Source: Isosphaeraceae bacterium (GTDB taxonomy: Bacteria; Planctomycetota; Planctomycetia; Isosphaerales; Isosphaeraceae). From it: a DNA stretch of 64,000 nucleotides. The notes beneath the pieces are model-generated. The model worked only from the letters and a program-made list of their open reading frames with translations. It did no database searches and was not told the DNA's origin. Shown one piece after another: positions 1-9,754 of the stretch (within the stretch, counting starts at the first letter, position 1; each line of letters starts with the position of its first letter). The stretch covers positions 62,001-126,000 of the forward strand of contig CBDAVP010000003.1 in the NCBI GenBank assembly GCA_965201075.1. Reading direction: 5' to 3'. A program made the translations under genes and the position numbers.

Positions 1-1
1 G

Positions 2-2209
2 GCGTTCATTCTGGTGGCTCTGGTGGTCTTCCTGTTCCTGGGGGACTGGCGTTCCACGCTGATTCCGACCCTGGCCGTGCCGGTTTCGCTAATTGGCACC
101 TTCTTCTTCATGCTGATGATGGGACTTTCGATCAACCTGATCACCCTCTTCGCGCTGGTGCTAGCCATTGGCGTCGTGGTGGATGACGCGATCGTGGTAG
201 TCGAGGCGGTCCATGCCAAGATGGCGGAACAACACCTGTCTCCTTACCGGGCCACCCTGGAAGTGGTTCAGGAGATCAGTGGCGCGATCATCGCCATCAC
301 CCTGGTCATGACGGCGGTTTTCGTTCCCGTAACGTTCATGACCGGGCCGGTCGGCGTCTTTTACCGCCAGTTCGGCATCACAATGGCCACATCCATCGTC
401 CTGTCCGGGGTCGTCGCCTTGACGCTCACGCCGGTGCTTTGCGCGATGATCCTCAAGCCTCACACGGGCCAGGTGAAAAAACGTGGTCCCCTGGCCTATC
501 TCTTGCACCTATTCGACCGCGGCGTCGAGAAGGTCACTGGCATTTATGCCGCGATTTTGCGGCGGATCGTCAGCCAGCGGCTTGTGACCGTGATGATTAT
601 CGTCGGCTTTGGCGCGGCGATCTACCTGGTGAATACCCAGCTTCCGACCGGATTCATCCCGCTCGAGGACCAGGGGATGATTTACGGCGTCATTCAGACG
701 CCTCCCGGCTCGACGCTTGAATACACGAACGCCAAGTCTCACGAATTGCAGCAGATCGCCAAGGACATCGAAGGCGTCACGTCGGTCTCCTCGCTGGCCG
801 GCTATGAGGTCTTGACCGAGGGCCGTGGCTCGAACGCCGGGACCTGTCTGATCAACCTGAAGAACTGGTCCGACCGCAAGCTGACCTCTCGCCAGATCAT
901 TGAGGAGCTTGAGGAGAAGTGCCAGAAGATGTCCAACGTCAAGCTCGAATTCTTCGAGCCGCCCGCGGTTCCAGGCTTTGGAGCGGCGGGTGGTTTTTCC
1001 ATTCGTGTTCTGGATAAGACCAACAGCAGCGACTACAAGCGACTGGGAGAGGTGACGGATAAGTTCATGGCGACCCTGTCCAAACGCAAGGAAGTCAAAG
1101 GCCTGTTCACCTTCTTCGCCGCCAATTACCCGCAGTATGAACTGGTCATCAACAACGACGTGGCGATGCAGAAAGGGGTGTCGATCGCCGACGCGATGGA
1201 CAACCTGTCGATCGTCGTTGGAAGCACCTGGGAGCAGGGGTTCATCCTTTTCGGCCAGTTCTTCAAGGTTTTCGTTCAAGCTTCGCCCGAATTCCGGCGG
1301 TTTCCCGAGGATCTGCAAAACATGTTCGTCAAGAACGAGCATGGGGAGATGGTCCCCTACTCCTCGTTCATGAAGATCAAGAAACAGCAGGGCCTGAACG
1401 AAATCAATCGCTACAACCTGTACCCCTCCGCCGCCATGCAAGGCGCGCCGGCCGCCGGTTTCAGTTCTGGACAGGCAATTCAAGCGATTCGCGAGGTGGC
1501 CGCCGAGACTTTGCCCCGAGGGTACGACATGGGGTGGGAGGGCCTGACCTTCGACGAGGCGAAGAAGGGAAACATGGCGATCTATATTCTTTTGATCGTC
1601 ATCATCTTCGTCTATCTGGTTCTGGTCGCGCAGTACGAGAGCTTCCTGTTGCCGTTGGCGGTGATTCTCTCTTTGCCGGTCGGGATTTTCGGCGCCTTCG
1701 CGTTGCTGGACGTCATGGGGTTGGCCAACGACGTTTACGCCCAGATCGGCCTGGTCATGCTGGTCGGGCTGCTCGGCAAGAATGCGATTCTGATCGTGGA
1801 ATTCGCGGTGCAACGACGTCAGGAGGGCCTGAGCATCAAGGAGGCCGCGATCGAGGGCGGAAAGTTGCGCTTTCGGCCGATTCTGATGACATCCTTCGCC
1901 TTCATCGCCGGTCTGCTCCCGTTGGTCGTCGCCACGGGACCCGGGGCCATCGGAAACCGCACCATCGGCACGGCGTCGGTGGGTGGAATGCTCATGGGCA
2001 CGCTGATCGGGGTCCTCGTCATCCCGGGCCTGTATTACATTTTTGCCAAGCTCGCCGACGGTCGCAAATTGATCCAGGACGAGTCGAATTCCCCTCTCAC
2101 GGAAACGCTCCAGGGCCATCGGAACGGGTCGGCCGCTTCGCTGGTGGGCACCGCCGCCGCCAATGGAGCCACCGGCCTTGAGAGTGCGCCGCACCATCCC
2201 CACCCGTAA
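2..2209 (+). CDS. RND efflux transporter permease (AcrB/HAE1 family), 5'-truncated by window edge
   Basis: AIGVVVDDAIVVVE (TM4), GLLGKNAILIVEFA (TM10), RFRPILMTSFAF (TM11); frame is open from the window start. Confidence 0.95.
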   Translation, partial: AFILVALVVFLFLGDWRSTLIPTLAVPVSLIGTFFFMLMMGLSINLITLFALVLAIGVVVDDAIVVVEAVHAKMAEQHLSPYRATLEVVQEISGAIIAITLVMTAVFVPVTFMTGPVGVFYRQFGITMATSIVLSGVVALTLTPVLCAMILKPHTGQVKKRGPLAYLLHLFDRGVEKVTGIYAAILRRIVSQRLVTVMIIVGFGAAIYLVNTQLPTGFIPLEDQGMIYGVIQTPPGSTLEYTNAKSHELQQIAKDIEGVTSVSSLAGYEVLTEGRGSNAGTCLINLKNWSDRKLTSRQIIEELEEKCQKMSNVKLEFFEPPAVPGFGAAGGFSIRVLDKTNSSDYKRLGEVTDKFMATLSKRKEVKGLFTFFAANYPQYELVINNDVAMQKGVSIADAMDNLSIVVGSTWEQGFILFGQFFKVFVQASPEFRRFPEDLQNMFVKNEHGEMVPYSSFMKIKKQQGLNEINRYNLYPSAAMQGAPAAGFSSGQAIQAIREVAAETLPRGYDMGWEGLTFDEAKKGNMAIYILLIVIIFVYLVLVAQYESFLLPLAVILSLPVGIFGAFALLDVMGLANDVYAQIGLVMLVGLLGKNAILIVEFAVQRRQEGLSIKEAAIEGGKLRFRPILMTSFAFIAGLLPLVVATGPGAIGNRTIGTASVGGMLMGTLIGVLVIPGLYYIFAKLADGRKLIQDESNSPLTETLQGHRNGSAASLVGTAAANGATGLESAPHHPHP

Positions 2210-2227
2210 CCGTCGCGGTCGAGATCA

Positions 2228-2283
2228 AGGCCGCGACGGACGAATTTGCCGGGACGAAAGCTCCCGGACTCGTCCGTGGGCCT
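2228..2283 (+). terminator. Long GC-rich hairpin downstream of RND gene (terminator or 3' stabiliser, no U-tract)
   Basis: AGGCC/GGCCT, ACGGACGA/TCGTCCGT and CCGGGA/TCCCGG nested stems around a C-GAAA-G loop. Confidence 0.5.
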
Positions 2284-2445
2284 GAGGCTCAATCGGGACG
2301 CGCCCGATGATTTTTCGGCAACGCCGCCATCTTCCCACAAAATCCCCGAGTCGTGAGATAGGGTTGATTTGGGAAGCCGACGACGTTGTCGGCCGAGAGA
2401 CGTTCCGGGGAAATCCCGGCCGAGGCTCGGGGGCGAAGATCCGTG

Positions 2446-3639
2446 ATGCGCCACTCCGTGACGACACCGTTCGCCGCCGCCCTCGACGAGTCGCGAGCGG
2501 CTCACTCGGGTTCGGACACTCGAATCGTTCCCCTCGACGGCTGGGTCGCCCCGACGGGTTCGTCCTCTCGGACCAATCTCTTCGACACGGAGCCTCTCGG
2601 AGCGGCGGCTCGCTCGGGAGAGGCCGTGAGCGGACGACGAGTCGGGCGGTATCGATTGATCGAGCCGCTAGGCGCTGGGACGCAGGCGATCGTCTGGCGA
2701 GCCCTGCTGGAGGATGGACGAAACGAGGAAGTGGCCCTGAAGCTCCTGGTGGGCCCGCAGCCTCGGGATCGCCACGCCCGGATTCGCCTGCGTCGCGAGG
2801 CCGCTCGTGGGGCTCGTCTCGATCATCCGTCTATCCTCCCGGTCTGGGAATTCGGCGAAACCGAGGGCGTTGCCTATCTGGTGATGGAATTGGTAGAGGG
2901 ATGGAGCCTGGCTGAGGTTCTTGAGGCTCGCCGCAAAGCCCGGGACGGCCGGGCCATCGACGACATGCATCGGCTGGCTAGCTTACCGGACTCCGAGTAC
3001 CTGCCCGCGGTCGTCGCGCTCCTGGCTCGCGTGGCTCGGGGACTGCACGCGGCCCATGAGGCGAAAATTGTTCACCGAGACGTCAAACCCAGCAACATCC
3101 TGCTGGACCGCTTCCGCTCGGGGCGGGCGATGCTGGCCGACTTTGGACTGGGACGCGACCTGGACGTGGCCACCCCCGAGCAGTTGCGAGACTGGTCGGG
3201 ATCACCCCTCTACATGGCTCCCGAGAAGCTCCGGGGTCAGTATCGGGACGAGATTCGCTGCGACATCTACGCGCTGGGCGTCACGCTGTTTGAGGCCCTG
3301 ACCCTTCAACGGCCCTTCGACGACCGCGAGATGCCCACCGGCCGGGCCTGCTACTGGTACCTGGCTGGGCAACGCCCGTTGCGGGCTCGGGAGGTCTGCC
3401 CGTCGCTGCCCTCGGGGCTTGAGGCGACCGTCATGAAAGCGATGGCTCGAGACCCAGAGCGTCGCCAGGAATCAGCCGAGGCGCTGGCTCAGGAACTCGA
3501 AGCCTTCCTGGCCCAGGTTTCCCGAGATCGGGGCGGGTCGGCCCGGGGCGGCCGCGCTGCGTTGCCTCCCCTGCCGAGCCCGCTCCCGCGTTGGCGGGTT
3601 CCCGAAGCGGTTTTCAGTCCGCCACGTAGCGGAAGTTGA
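2446..3639 (+). CDS. Hanks-type Ser/Thr protein kinase
   Basis: LGAGTQAIVW glycine loop, VALK, HRDVKPSNILL, DFG, YMAPE; start codon uncertain (ATG 2446 chosen). Confidence 0.93.
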   Translation: MRHSVTTPFAAALDESRAAHSGSDTRIVPLDGWVAPTGSSSRTNLFDTEPLGAAARSGEAVSGRRVGRYRLIEPLGAGTQAIVWRALLEDGRNEEVALKLLVGPQPRDRHARIRLRREAARGARLDHPSILPVWEFGETEGVAYLVMELVEGWSLAEVLEARRKARDGRAIDDMHRLASLPDSEYLPAVVALLARVARGLHAAHEAKIVHRDVKPSNILLDRFRSGRAMLADFGLGRDLDVATPEQLRDWSGSPLYMAPEKLRGQYRDEIRCDIYALGVTLFEALTLQRPFDDREMPTGRACYWYLAGQRPLRAREVCPSLPSGLEATVMKAMARDPERRQESAEALAQELEAFLAQVSRDRGGSARGGRAALPPLPSPLPRWRVPEAVFSPPRSGS

Positions 3640-5392
3640 ATCGACCTTCCGGAGCAACGTCGCCGCTCTCGTAGAAATCCTGGATGTCGGACTCGCCGCG
3701 GAGATTGTCGGTCCATTTGAAGTCGATCGCCAACCCGCCGGGGCCCTCGGGCAGGCCAAGGGCGGCCCGAGGCAGCCCCAGAACCAGCGTATCCCCCGCC
3801 GTGTGAGCCTCGACTCGGCCGACCTTCGACCAATCGCCACGCTCCCCGCGTTTCTCCACCCAGGTCGACCCATCGGGCTCGACCGACCGATTGACGACGA
3901 AGTCATACCCTTCCCAGCCCGTCCGCCGATCACGATCAACGTCCAGCCAGAGCCACATCCAGCGAGGGTCGGTCCTGGGGGACAGGGGCAACCGTGAGCG
4001 GGCCAGGAAGGTCAGGGTCTTGGGGTCCCGCGCCACCTTGAACGTCGAGAGATCGTTGCGGCCCGATCGGTTGGTATAGTGCAAACCCGCCAGCCCCGGT
4101 TCGTCCCGAGGGCTCGTCTCACCCAGATCGTCATGGTACTCGGGGGCAACGTCGTCCCAGATGCCCATCGGTGAACGGATCGGGATCGACTTGGGGGCCG
4201 AGGCTTTGGGGAGCGGGGGGGCTCCCTTGTAGCGCCTCACGTTCGCCACCAGTTGATAGTAGTAATTGTCGCCGTGTCCGCCTTTCATCGGCTCGATGTC
4301 TCGGCTGAATTCCTCATCGAACTGGTCGACGAAAATGACGGGGTGGGTGGGGTCGCTGAACCGGCCCGCCGACCACTCGTTCCAACCCGTCACCATGACA
4401 AACGGCGGATCGAGGGCAATTGCGCGCTTCCACTGCTCCTCGGCGTTATAGCCGTGGTTGACCGCGCCCGGGGTGACATCTTGCTTCCCATCGTGGAAGC
4501 TCCGCCCCCGGGCGTCACCATAACTCATGTTGGTGACCTTGCCATCGGAGGCCCGCAGGTTCTGAGCCACCGCGACGTTGACCTGTTCCGGCCGGTTGGG
4601 ATCGTCGGTATAGCCGTAAACCTGGGGATAGGTGGACTCCCAGTGCCAGGCGTAGGGAGTATTCACCAGTTCGAACGGCCAGTGAGCCTTGCGCAGGGTG
4701 AAGCGTTCCTTCAACTCGGGACTCGCCTTGGCCGGGTCACAGATCAATAGCGGCTTGCCTTCCCACTGAAACCAGAGGTCGCGAAAGCGCCCGGGGCGGT
4801 AAAGGTCGTGGTCCAGTTTGTCCGCGGTCTTTCCCGCCTCGGAATTGACCATGAAGCAAAGTTGGGGCGTCCGACCCCCCTCGCTCCGGATCGTCTCGAA
4901 CACCTGACAGATCGTGGAGTACACGTCGGGATAGGTTAAGGCGTTCGTGGTGTCGAAGATCAGGGTGTCCACGCCGGCGGCGGCCAGCAGTTGGGCGTGG
5001 CGACGGATGACCCAGCGATCCCGGCTGTGATAGTACCCAACCAGCGGTTGGCCCCAGTAATACTCGCCGGGGTGCGACCAAAGGGGGGAGGTGGGGTGCT
5101 TCAGGGCGTCGGGGTCCTGACTCAGGATCTTGGCGATGTCGTTGGGACCGGTCTGGTCACCCTCCTGGCGAACGTTGTTGTGGGTCAGGAAGTAGAAGAT
5201 GCCGACGAATTTCCCCGGCCGGGGCGTCGGGACCTCGCCGCCCACCGGGACAACTCTTCCCAGGGCGTCGGTCGCCGGCCAGGGGGTCGTGGCCAACGGC
5301 TCCTCGGCCATCGCCGGGCCGATGGTCGCGGCCCAACAGCCGCAGAGCCACCCGAGGCGCAAGGCCCATTGAGGTCGAAACTTCGCAACCAT
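3614..5392 (-). CDS. Secreted glycoside hydrolase-like protein (GH71/GH99-like fold)
   Basis: Signal peptide ending AMA; VGIFYF, YWGQPLVGYY, RRHAQLLAAAGVD, VTGWNEW and DIEP motifs. Confidence 0.65.
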   Translation of the reverse strand: MVAKFRPQWALRLGWLCGCWAATIGPAMAEEPLATTPWPATDALGRVVPVGGEVPTPRPGKFVGIFYFLTHNNVRQEGDQTGPNDIAKILSQDPDALKHPTSPLWSHPGEYYWGQPLVGYYHSRDRWVIRRHAQLLAAAGVDTLIFDTTNALTYPDVYSTICQVFETIRSEGGRTPQLCFMVNSEAGKTADKLDHDLYRPGRFRDLWFQWEGKPLLICDPAKASPELKERFTLRKAHWPFELVNTPYAWHWESTYPQVYGYTDDPNRPEQVNVAVAQNLRASDGKVTNMSYGDARGRSFHDGKQDVTPGAVNHGYNAEEQWKRAIALDPPFVMVTGWNEWSAGRFSDPTHPVIFVDQFDEEFSRDIEPMKGGHGDNYYYQLVANVRRYKGAPPLPKASAPKSIPIRSPMGIWDDVAPEYHDDLGETSPRDEPGLAGLHYTNRSGRNDLSTFKVARDPKTLTFLARSRLPLSPRTDPRWMWLWLDVDRDRRTGWEGYDFVVNRSVEPDGSTWVEKRGERGDWSKVGRVEAHTAGDTLVLGLPRAALGLPEGPGGLAIDFKWTDNLRGESDIQDFYESGDVAPEGRFNFRYVAD

Positions 5393-5517
5393 GGGTGCTC
5401 TCTCACGCCGCGAGGAGTTCGGGCGGCTCGCCGGAGGATTCGGGATGTTCTCGAAGTCGAGGACTCAGGATGCCCCGACGGCGGCCCTTGGGCAAGAGGG
5501 GCACGCCGTAGCGGTCG

Positions 5518-7065
5518 TCATCGGACCGTCCCGGCCTCTGGGCAACTACGGGCCCACTGGGGCAAGTTCCGCAGACTGAGGATGTAGTACTCGCACGGTT
5601 TGCCCTTGGCGAACCAGGGGCCCTGGCCCTGCTCCACGATCGGCAGACTGTCGAGCAACGGTTGAAAACTCCCTCGGTTGGCGGGCGAGACTGTTGGGTC
5701 GAAGTAAAGCGCGACGAACTCGGCTCCCCGGGAGGCGCGGTCCTCCAGCGCCGTTCGCCAATCGTCGCGAAGTCGCCGATCCTGCAAAACCCAACCCAGC
5801 CGCCCCGAGTAATGGACGACCGGCCAGCCAATTTGCTGACCCAGAACCACGATTCGACCGTTTGGTGAGCAGAGACGATCCAGTCGTTGCGCGACGATCC
5901 CATGAATCGGGTTCTGCTCGAACTTCATGCTGCCGACCCAGGGGGAATGGATGATCACCACCGCCGCGACCACCCCCGCCGTGGCCAATGACCGTCGACG
6001 AGGGCTCACCGTCGCGAACCGGTCGGCCGTCCGCAAGGCTTCCCATCCCAAAGCGCCCAGAAGGCAAACAGCAGGGACGGCCATCAACTCGTAATAGTCG
6101 TGGGTCAGCGTCTTGGGTCCAAGCAGGACCATGAAGCCCAGGCCCATCAGACCCCAGGCGAGGACGGGGCCACGTTCAAACCGTCGTTTCGCGACGGCCC
6201 AGCCTCCCACAACCGCCAAAGCGGCGGCGACCGGCCCGCAATCTCTCAGAAAGAAGCGGTCGAGGATCGCCTGGTAGAGCCGTTGAGTCCAAAGGACGCT
6301 CGGCTCCTGGAAGGCATAATACGCAGCCTTGGCCGTGGGGTTGGGCGTCCGGGCGAAAACCAGGGCCACCCAGCATGCCACCGGGACGATGCCAACGGCA
6401 CAAAGGGCCAAAAACCTTGGCGCAAGGCAAGCTCGCCACCCTCGGGCATCACGTCGACGGGTCATCTCGGCCAGTGGGAAGACCACCATCAAGGCATAAT
6501 ATTTGAAGGCCGCCCCGACCAGTAGCGACAGGGCCGCCAGGATCAGCCAGCGGGCCGACCGTTCGTCGAGAAATCGCCGATAGGCCGCGGCGGTCACCAG
6601 CATTCCGGCCAGCATCCACGAGTCGGCCATCACAGCCCGGCCGTAAAAGATCAGCAAGGGAGCAAAACCCAGGAGTAAGGCCCCGGCATCGGCGACCCTC
6701 CCGGAGTATTCGCGTTTCAGCAGCGAGTGGAACGCCGCGACGGCCACCAGAGCGCCCGCCAGGCTCAGGACCCGTCCCAGCCATTCCTGCTCGCCGAAAG
6801 CGGCGTAGGCGATTCCCAAAATCCCGGGGTAGAGCGGAATCTCCTCGGCCAGTCGCATCCGGTCCCCATCGGGGTCGAGAAAGTCCAGCGTGTCACGCAA
6901 GGGGGCAATCGGCGCTCGGGCGACGTTGCGGGCCTTGTTGGCCACGTAAATCTGCTTGACGAACATCTGGTCCAGCAGCGGAACGCTCAGGTTGTGCAGT
7001 CTTACCAGCAATGCCGCCAGGAGGATCAACGGCAGGATCCAGTCCCTCCGAATCCCGATCGCCAT
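5518..7065 (-). CDS. ArnT/PMT-family (GT-C fold) multi-TM glycosyltransferase
   Basis: AAGGAG SD before ATG 7065; many TM helices; EEIPLYP, YGRAVMADS, AFKYY, HDYY motifs. Confidence 0.8.
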   Translation of the reverse strand: MAIGIRRDWILPLILLAALLVRLHNLSVPLLDQMFVKQIYVANKARNVARAPIAPLRDTLDFLDPDGDRMRLAEEIPLYPGILGIAYAAFGEQEWLGRVLSLAGALVAVAAFHSLLKREYSGRVADAGALLLGFAPLLIFYGRAVMADSWMLAGMLVTAAAYRRFLDERSARWLILAALSLLVGAAFKYYALMVVFPLAEMTRRRDARGWRACLAPRFLALCAVGIVPVACWVALVFARTPNPTAKAAYYAFQEPSVLWTQRLYQAILDRFFLRDCGPVAAALAVVGGWAVAKRRFERGPVLAWGLMGLGFMVLLGPKTLTHDYYELMAVPAVCLLGALGWEALRTADRFATVSPRRRSLATAGVVAAVVIIHSPWVGSMKFEQNPIHGIVAQRLDRLCSPNGRIVVLGQQIGWPVVHYSGRLGWVLQDRRLRDDWRTALEDRASRGAEFVALYFDPTVSPANRGSFQPLLDSLPIVEQGQGPWFAKGKPCEYYILSLRNLPQWARSCPEAGTVR

Positions 7066-7301
7066 GCATCCTCCTTGAACCGAAGCCTCGACCAAAAGGG
7101 GGGAGACTTCCTTGGGCTCGCCTGCCTTAAGATCCATTTTCATCCATATTCGGCGGCGGGCGGACCGCGCGACCAGCCGTTCTGGTGTCCTTTGGTCCGC
7201 GGGGCCATTGGCCAACGGTTTAGATAGCGGAAAGCCGGCGGGCCGTAAACGCGGGTGTCCGTCCGGTTCCCCAGGGATTGGCCTGGTTCCGAATCCCTGG
7301 C

Positions 7302-7330
7302 TTGACGCCCTGGCCGGGCGGCGATAAATT
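7302..7330 (+). promoter_or_regulatory. Sigma-70-type promoter for the flgI-like gene
   Basis: TTGACG-N17-TAAATT, 115 bp upstream of ATG 7445. Confidence 0.6.
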
Positions 7331-7444
7331 CCCGCCGCCGCCGGACCTCGATCGCGGTCCCGGCGTGTACCCGTAAGGTCCGACCCGAACGATTCGGTCG
7401 GCGGCCCGGCCCCCCTCGGGCGTGTCAGCAAGGAGGCGAGGACG

Positions 7445-9340
7445 ATGCGGAAGACCCTCGGCGGCGCCCTGGTCGTGGGAGCCGTTGCGGCGACCCTGAC
7501 CTTCACCGGCGCCACCCCGCCCCGGAGCAAGGTCACCCCGTCCGCCTCGAAGCTGGAAGAGACCGTCGGCGAACTCTCGGATTTCGAGGGGGTCAACCTC
7601 CCCGTCCAGGGCGTCGGACTGGTCGTCGGCCTCGACGGCACTGGCTACAACCCGCCCCCCTCCGCCGACCGCCAGCGATTGCTGGACGAGATGCGCAAGG
7701 CCCGCGTCGACGAGGCCGAGAAGATCCTCGACTCCAAGACCACCGCCCTGGTCCTGATCAAGGCCCGCATCCCCGCCGGCGCCACCAAGGTCGACCCTCT
7801 GGACGTCGAGGTCACGATTCCTCCCGGGGGCGCCTCCTCCGACACGAGTCTGGTGGGCGGCCACCTCGTCCAGACTCGGCTCTACGAGGTTGGCCTCGCT
7901 CGCGGAGAGCAGCTTCAGGGCCAGTACCTCGCCCTGGCCGGCGGCCCCGTCGTCACCGGAACCAACGACGACCCCGCCGACAAGAACGCCGGCCACGTCC
8001 TGGGTGGCGGTCGCTGCCGCAACGACGTCCCCTTCGTCATGCTCCTCAAGGAAGGACGCAAGAGCGCACGGACCGCCAAGGCGATCGAGGGCGTCATCCA
8101 GCGACGCTTCCACCACCGAGAGGGCGTCGACGAGAAAGGCGCCGCGGTCGCCAAGACCGACCATAGTCTGGTCCTCAAGGTTCCCCACGTTTACCATCTC
8201 AATCAATCTCGCTTCTTCCAGGTCCTGAAGCTTCTGCCGATGATCGACTCCATCCCCGAGGTTCAGGCTGACCGCATGAACCGCTGGGGCAACGACCTGC
8301 TCGACCCCGAGAAGGCCGGGATCGCCGCGCTTCGGCTGGAGGGTATCGGCAAGCTCGCCCTGCCTCACATCAAGCCGGCCTTGAAGGGGTCCGACTCCCG
8401 CGTCCGCTTCTTCGCCGCCGAGGTCCTGGCCTATCTGGACGACCCCGCCGGGGTGGACGTCCTGGCCGAAACCTCCAAGACGGAGCCTCGCTTCCGGGCC
8501 CATGCCCTGGCCGCTTTGGCCGCGATGGACAACCCGGCCTCGACGCTGCGACTCCGGCAACTCCTCAACGAGCCCGACCCCCAGGTCCGCTACGGAGCGT
8601 TCAACTCCCTGCTGGCGTTGGACGACCGCGACCCGTTCCTCGGCCAGGTCCGTGTCCTGCGAGACGACCCGGTTCCCGAAGAGGAGGACGACACGACGGG
8701 CATGTCCCTCGACGGGCTCACCCACCGACACCGGCCGCCCCCCCGCAAGAAAGACCCCTTCACCCTCTACCTCGTCGACTGTGAGGGGCCGCCGATGGTC
8801 CACGTCTCGCAGACCCGCCGTTGCGAGATCGTCATCTTCGGACGGGAGCAAAAACTCCTGACTCCCGTGGTCCTGGGTCCCGCCGGCAGCATTTTGCTGA
8901 ACGCCGCCGAGGGGGATGATTCGATCCAGGTCACCCGCGTCGGGGTCTCCGGCGTCGAGGCTCCCTCCCTCAAGGTCGCCTCCAACCTGGGCCTGGGGGA
9001 AGTGATCGCCACGGTCGCCCGCCTGGGGGCCAACTATCCCCAGATCCTCGAACTGCTCCGCGCCGCCGACTCCCGCAAGAACCTCTCGGGTCCGCTGGTG
9101 GTGGATTCGGTCCCCGTGCCCAGCCCGGCCTACCTCCAGAATCAGCTTCTCAGCCTGGAGAAGCCTCCCAAGAAGGACGAGGACGTCGGCCGCGCCCGTT
9201 TCGAGATCCGCCGGCCGTTGTCCTCCCTCAAGAAGCGCTATTTCGGCGGCGACCGGGACGACTCCGACTCCGACAACGCCGATTCGAGCAAGACTCCCTC
9301 TCGCGACAAGACGCCCGCCTCCTCCAAGTCCGCCGACTGA
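7445..9340 (+). CDS. FlgI (P-ring)-like domain protein with HEAT repeats, exported
   Basis: AAGGAGG SD; signal peptide; VQGVGLVVGLDGTG, ALVLIKARIP..A...DPLDVEV and SLVGGHL.QT.L FlgI motifs; HEAT-like repeats (VRFFAAEVL, FRAHALAAL, VRYGAFNSL). Confidence 0.8.
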   Translation: MRKTLGGALVVGAVAATLTFTGATPPRSKVTPSASKLEETVGELSDFEGVNLPVQGVGLVVGLDGTGYNPPPSADRQRLLDEMRKARVDEAEKILDSKTTALVLIKARIPAGATKVDPLDVEVTIPPGGASSDTSLVGGHLVQTRLYEVGLARGEQLQGQYLALAGGPVVTGTNDDPADKNAGHVLGGGRCRNDVPFVMLLKEGRKSARTAKAIEGVIQRRFHHREGVDEKGAAVAKTDHSLVLKVPHVYHLNQSRFFQVLKLLPMIDSIPEVQADRMNRWGNDLLDPEKAGIAALRLEGIGKLALPHIKPALKGSDSRVRFFAAEVLAYLDDPAGVDVLAETSKTEPRFRAHALAALAAMDNPASTLRLRQLLNEPDPQVRYGAFNSLLALDDRDPFLGQVRVLRDDPVPEEEDDTTGMSLDGLTHRHRPPPRKKDPFTLYLVDCEGPPMVHVSQTRRCEIVIFGREQKLLTPVVLGPAGSILLNAAEGDDSIQVTRVGVSGVEAPSLKVASNLGLGEVIATVARLGANYPQILELLRAADSRKNLSGPLVVDSVPVPSPAYLQNQLLSLEKPPKKDEDVGRARFEIRRPLSSLKKRYFGGDRDDSDSDNADSSKTPSRDKTPASSKSAD

Positions 9341-9754
9341 TCGCAACGGCCTGGGACGACGCGTGGGCGCACCAGCCCCGCGTCTTCCTGGCGATGACCT
9401 CGCGACCCCTCTCGCCCCGCCATTCCCGCCTCGAAGCCCATCCCCAACGACCCCCGCAAAAGTCGGCATCCGCACTCCCCCGACGACCCTCCTTAAAGTC
9501 CCACGCCGCGTTGTACGAAAATTAGTCTTGACGGTTAGGTCCGCTTCGGCGGAAGAGCGAGTCATCGCTTCGAAGCCGAAGCCGGTCCTTGACCAAAGTC
9601 CCACCGAGGCGCGACCTCGCTGTCGGGACGGCCCTGCGTTGGATCATGGCCGCCCGCCCCGCGATCGCCACGCCCGAGCCGGGTCCCCACGGAGGGGGCA
9701 GTCAACCTCCGAGGCCTCGCACAGCAACCACCCACGCGAGTGGAGTCCTCGTTC

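Noticed and set aside
1..2209. Apparently lower GC in the RND gene as evidence of horizontal transfer
   Set aside because: Visual impression only, not computed; hydrophobic membrane proteins tend to be lower in GC, and no mobility genes are adjacent
7220..9604. 794-aa minus-strand ORF, and similar long antisense ORFs (509-2203, 38297-40387, 51354-52760, 58292-59590)
   Set aside because: They shadow well-supported genes on the opposite strand, which is expected from high-GC codon bias, and carry no recognisable motifs
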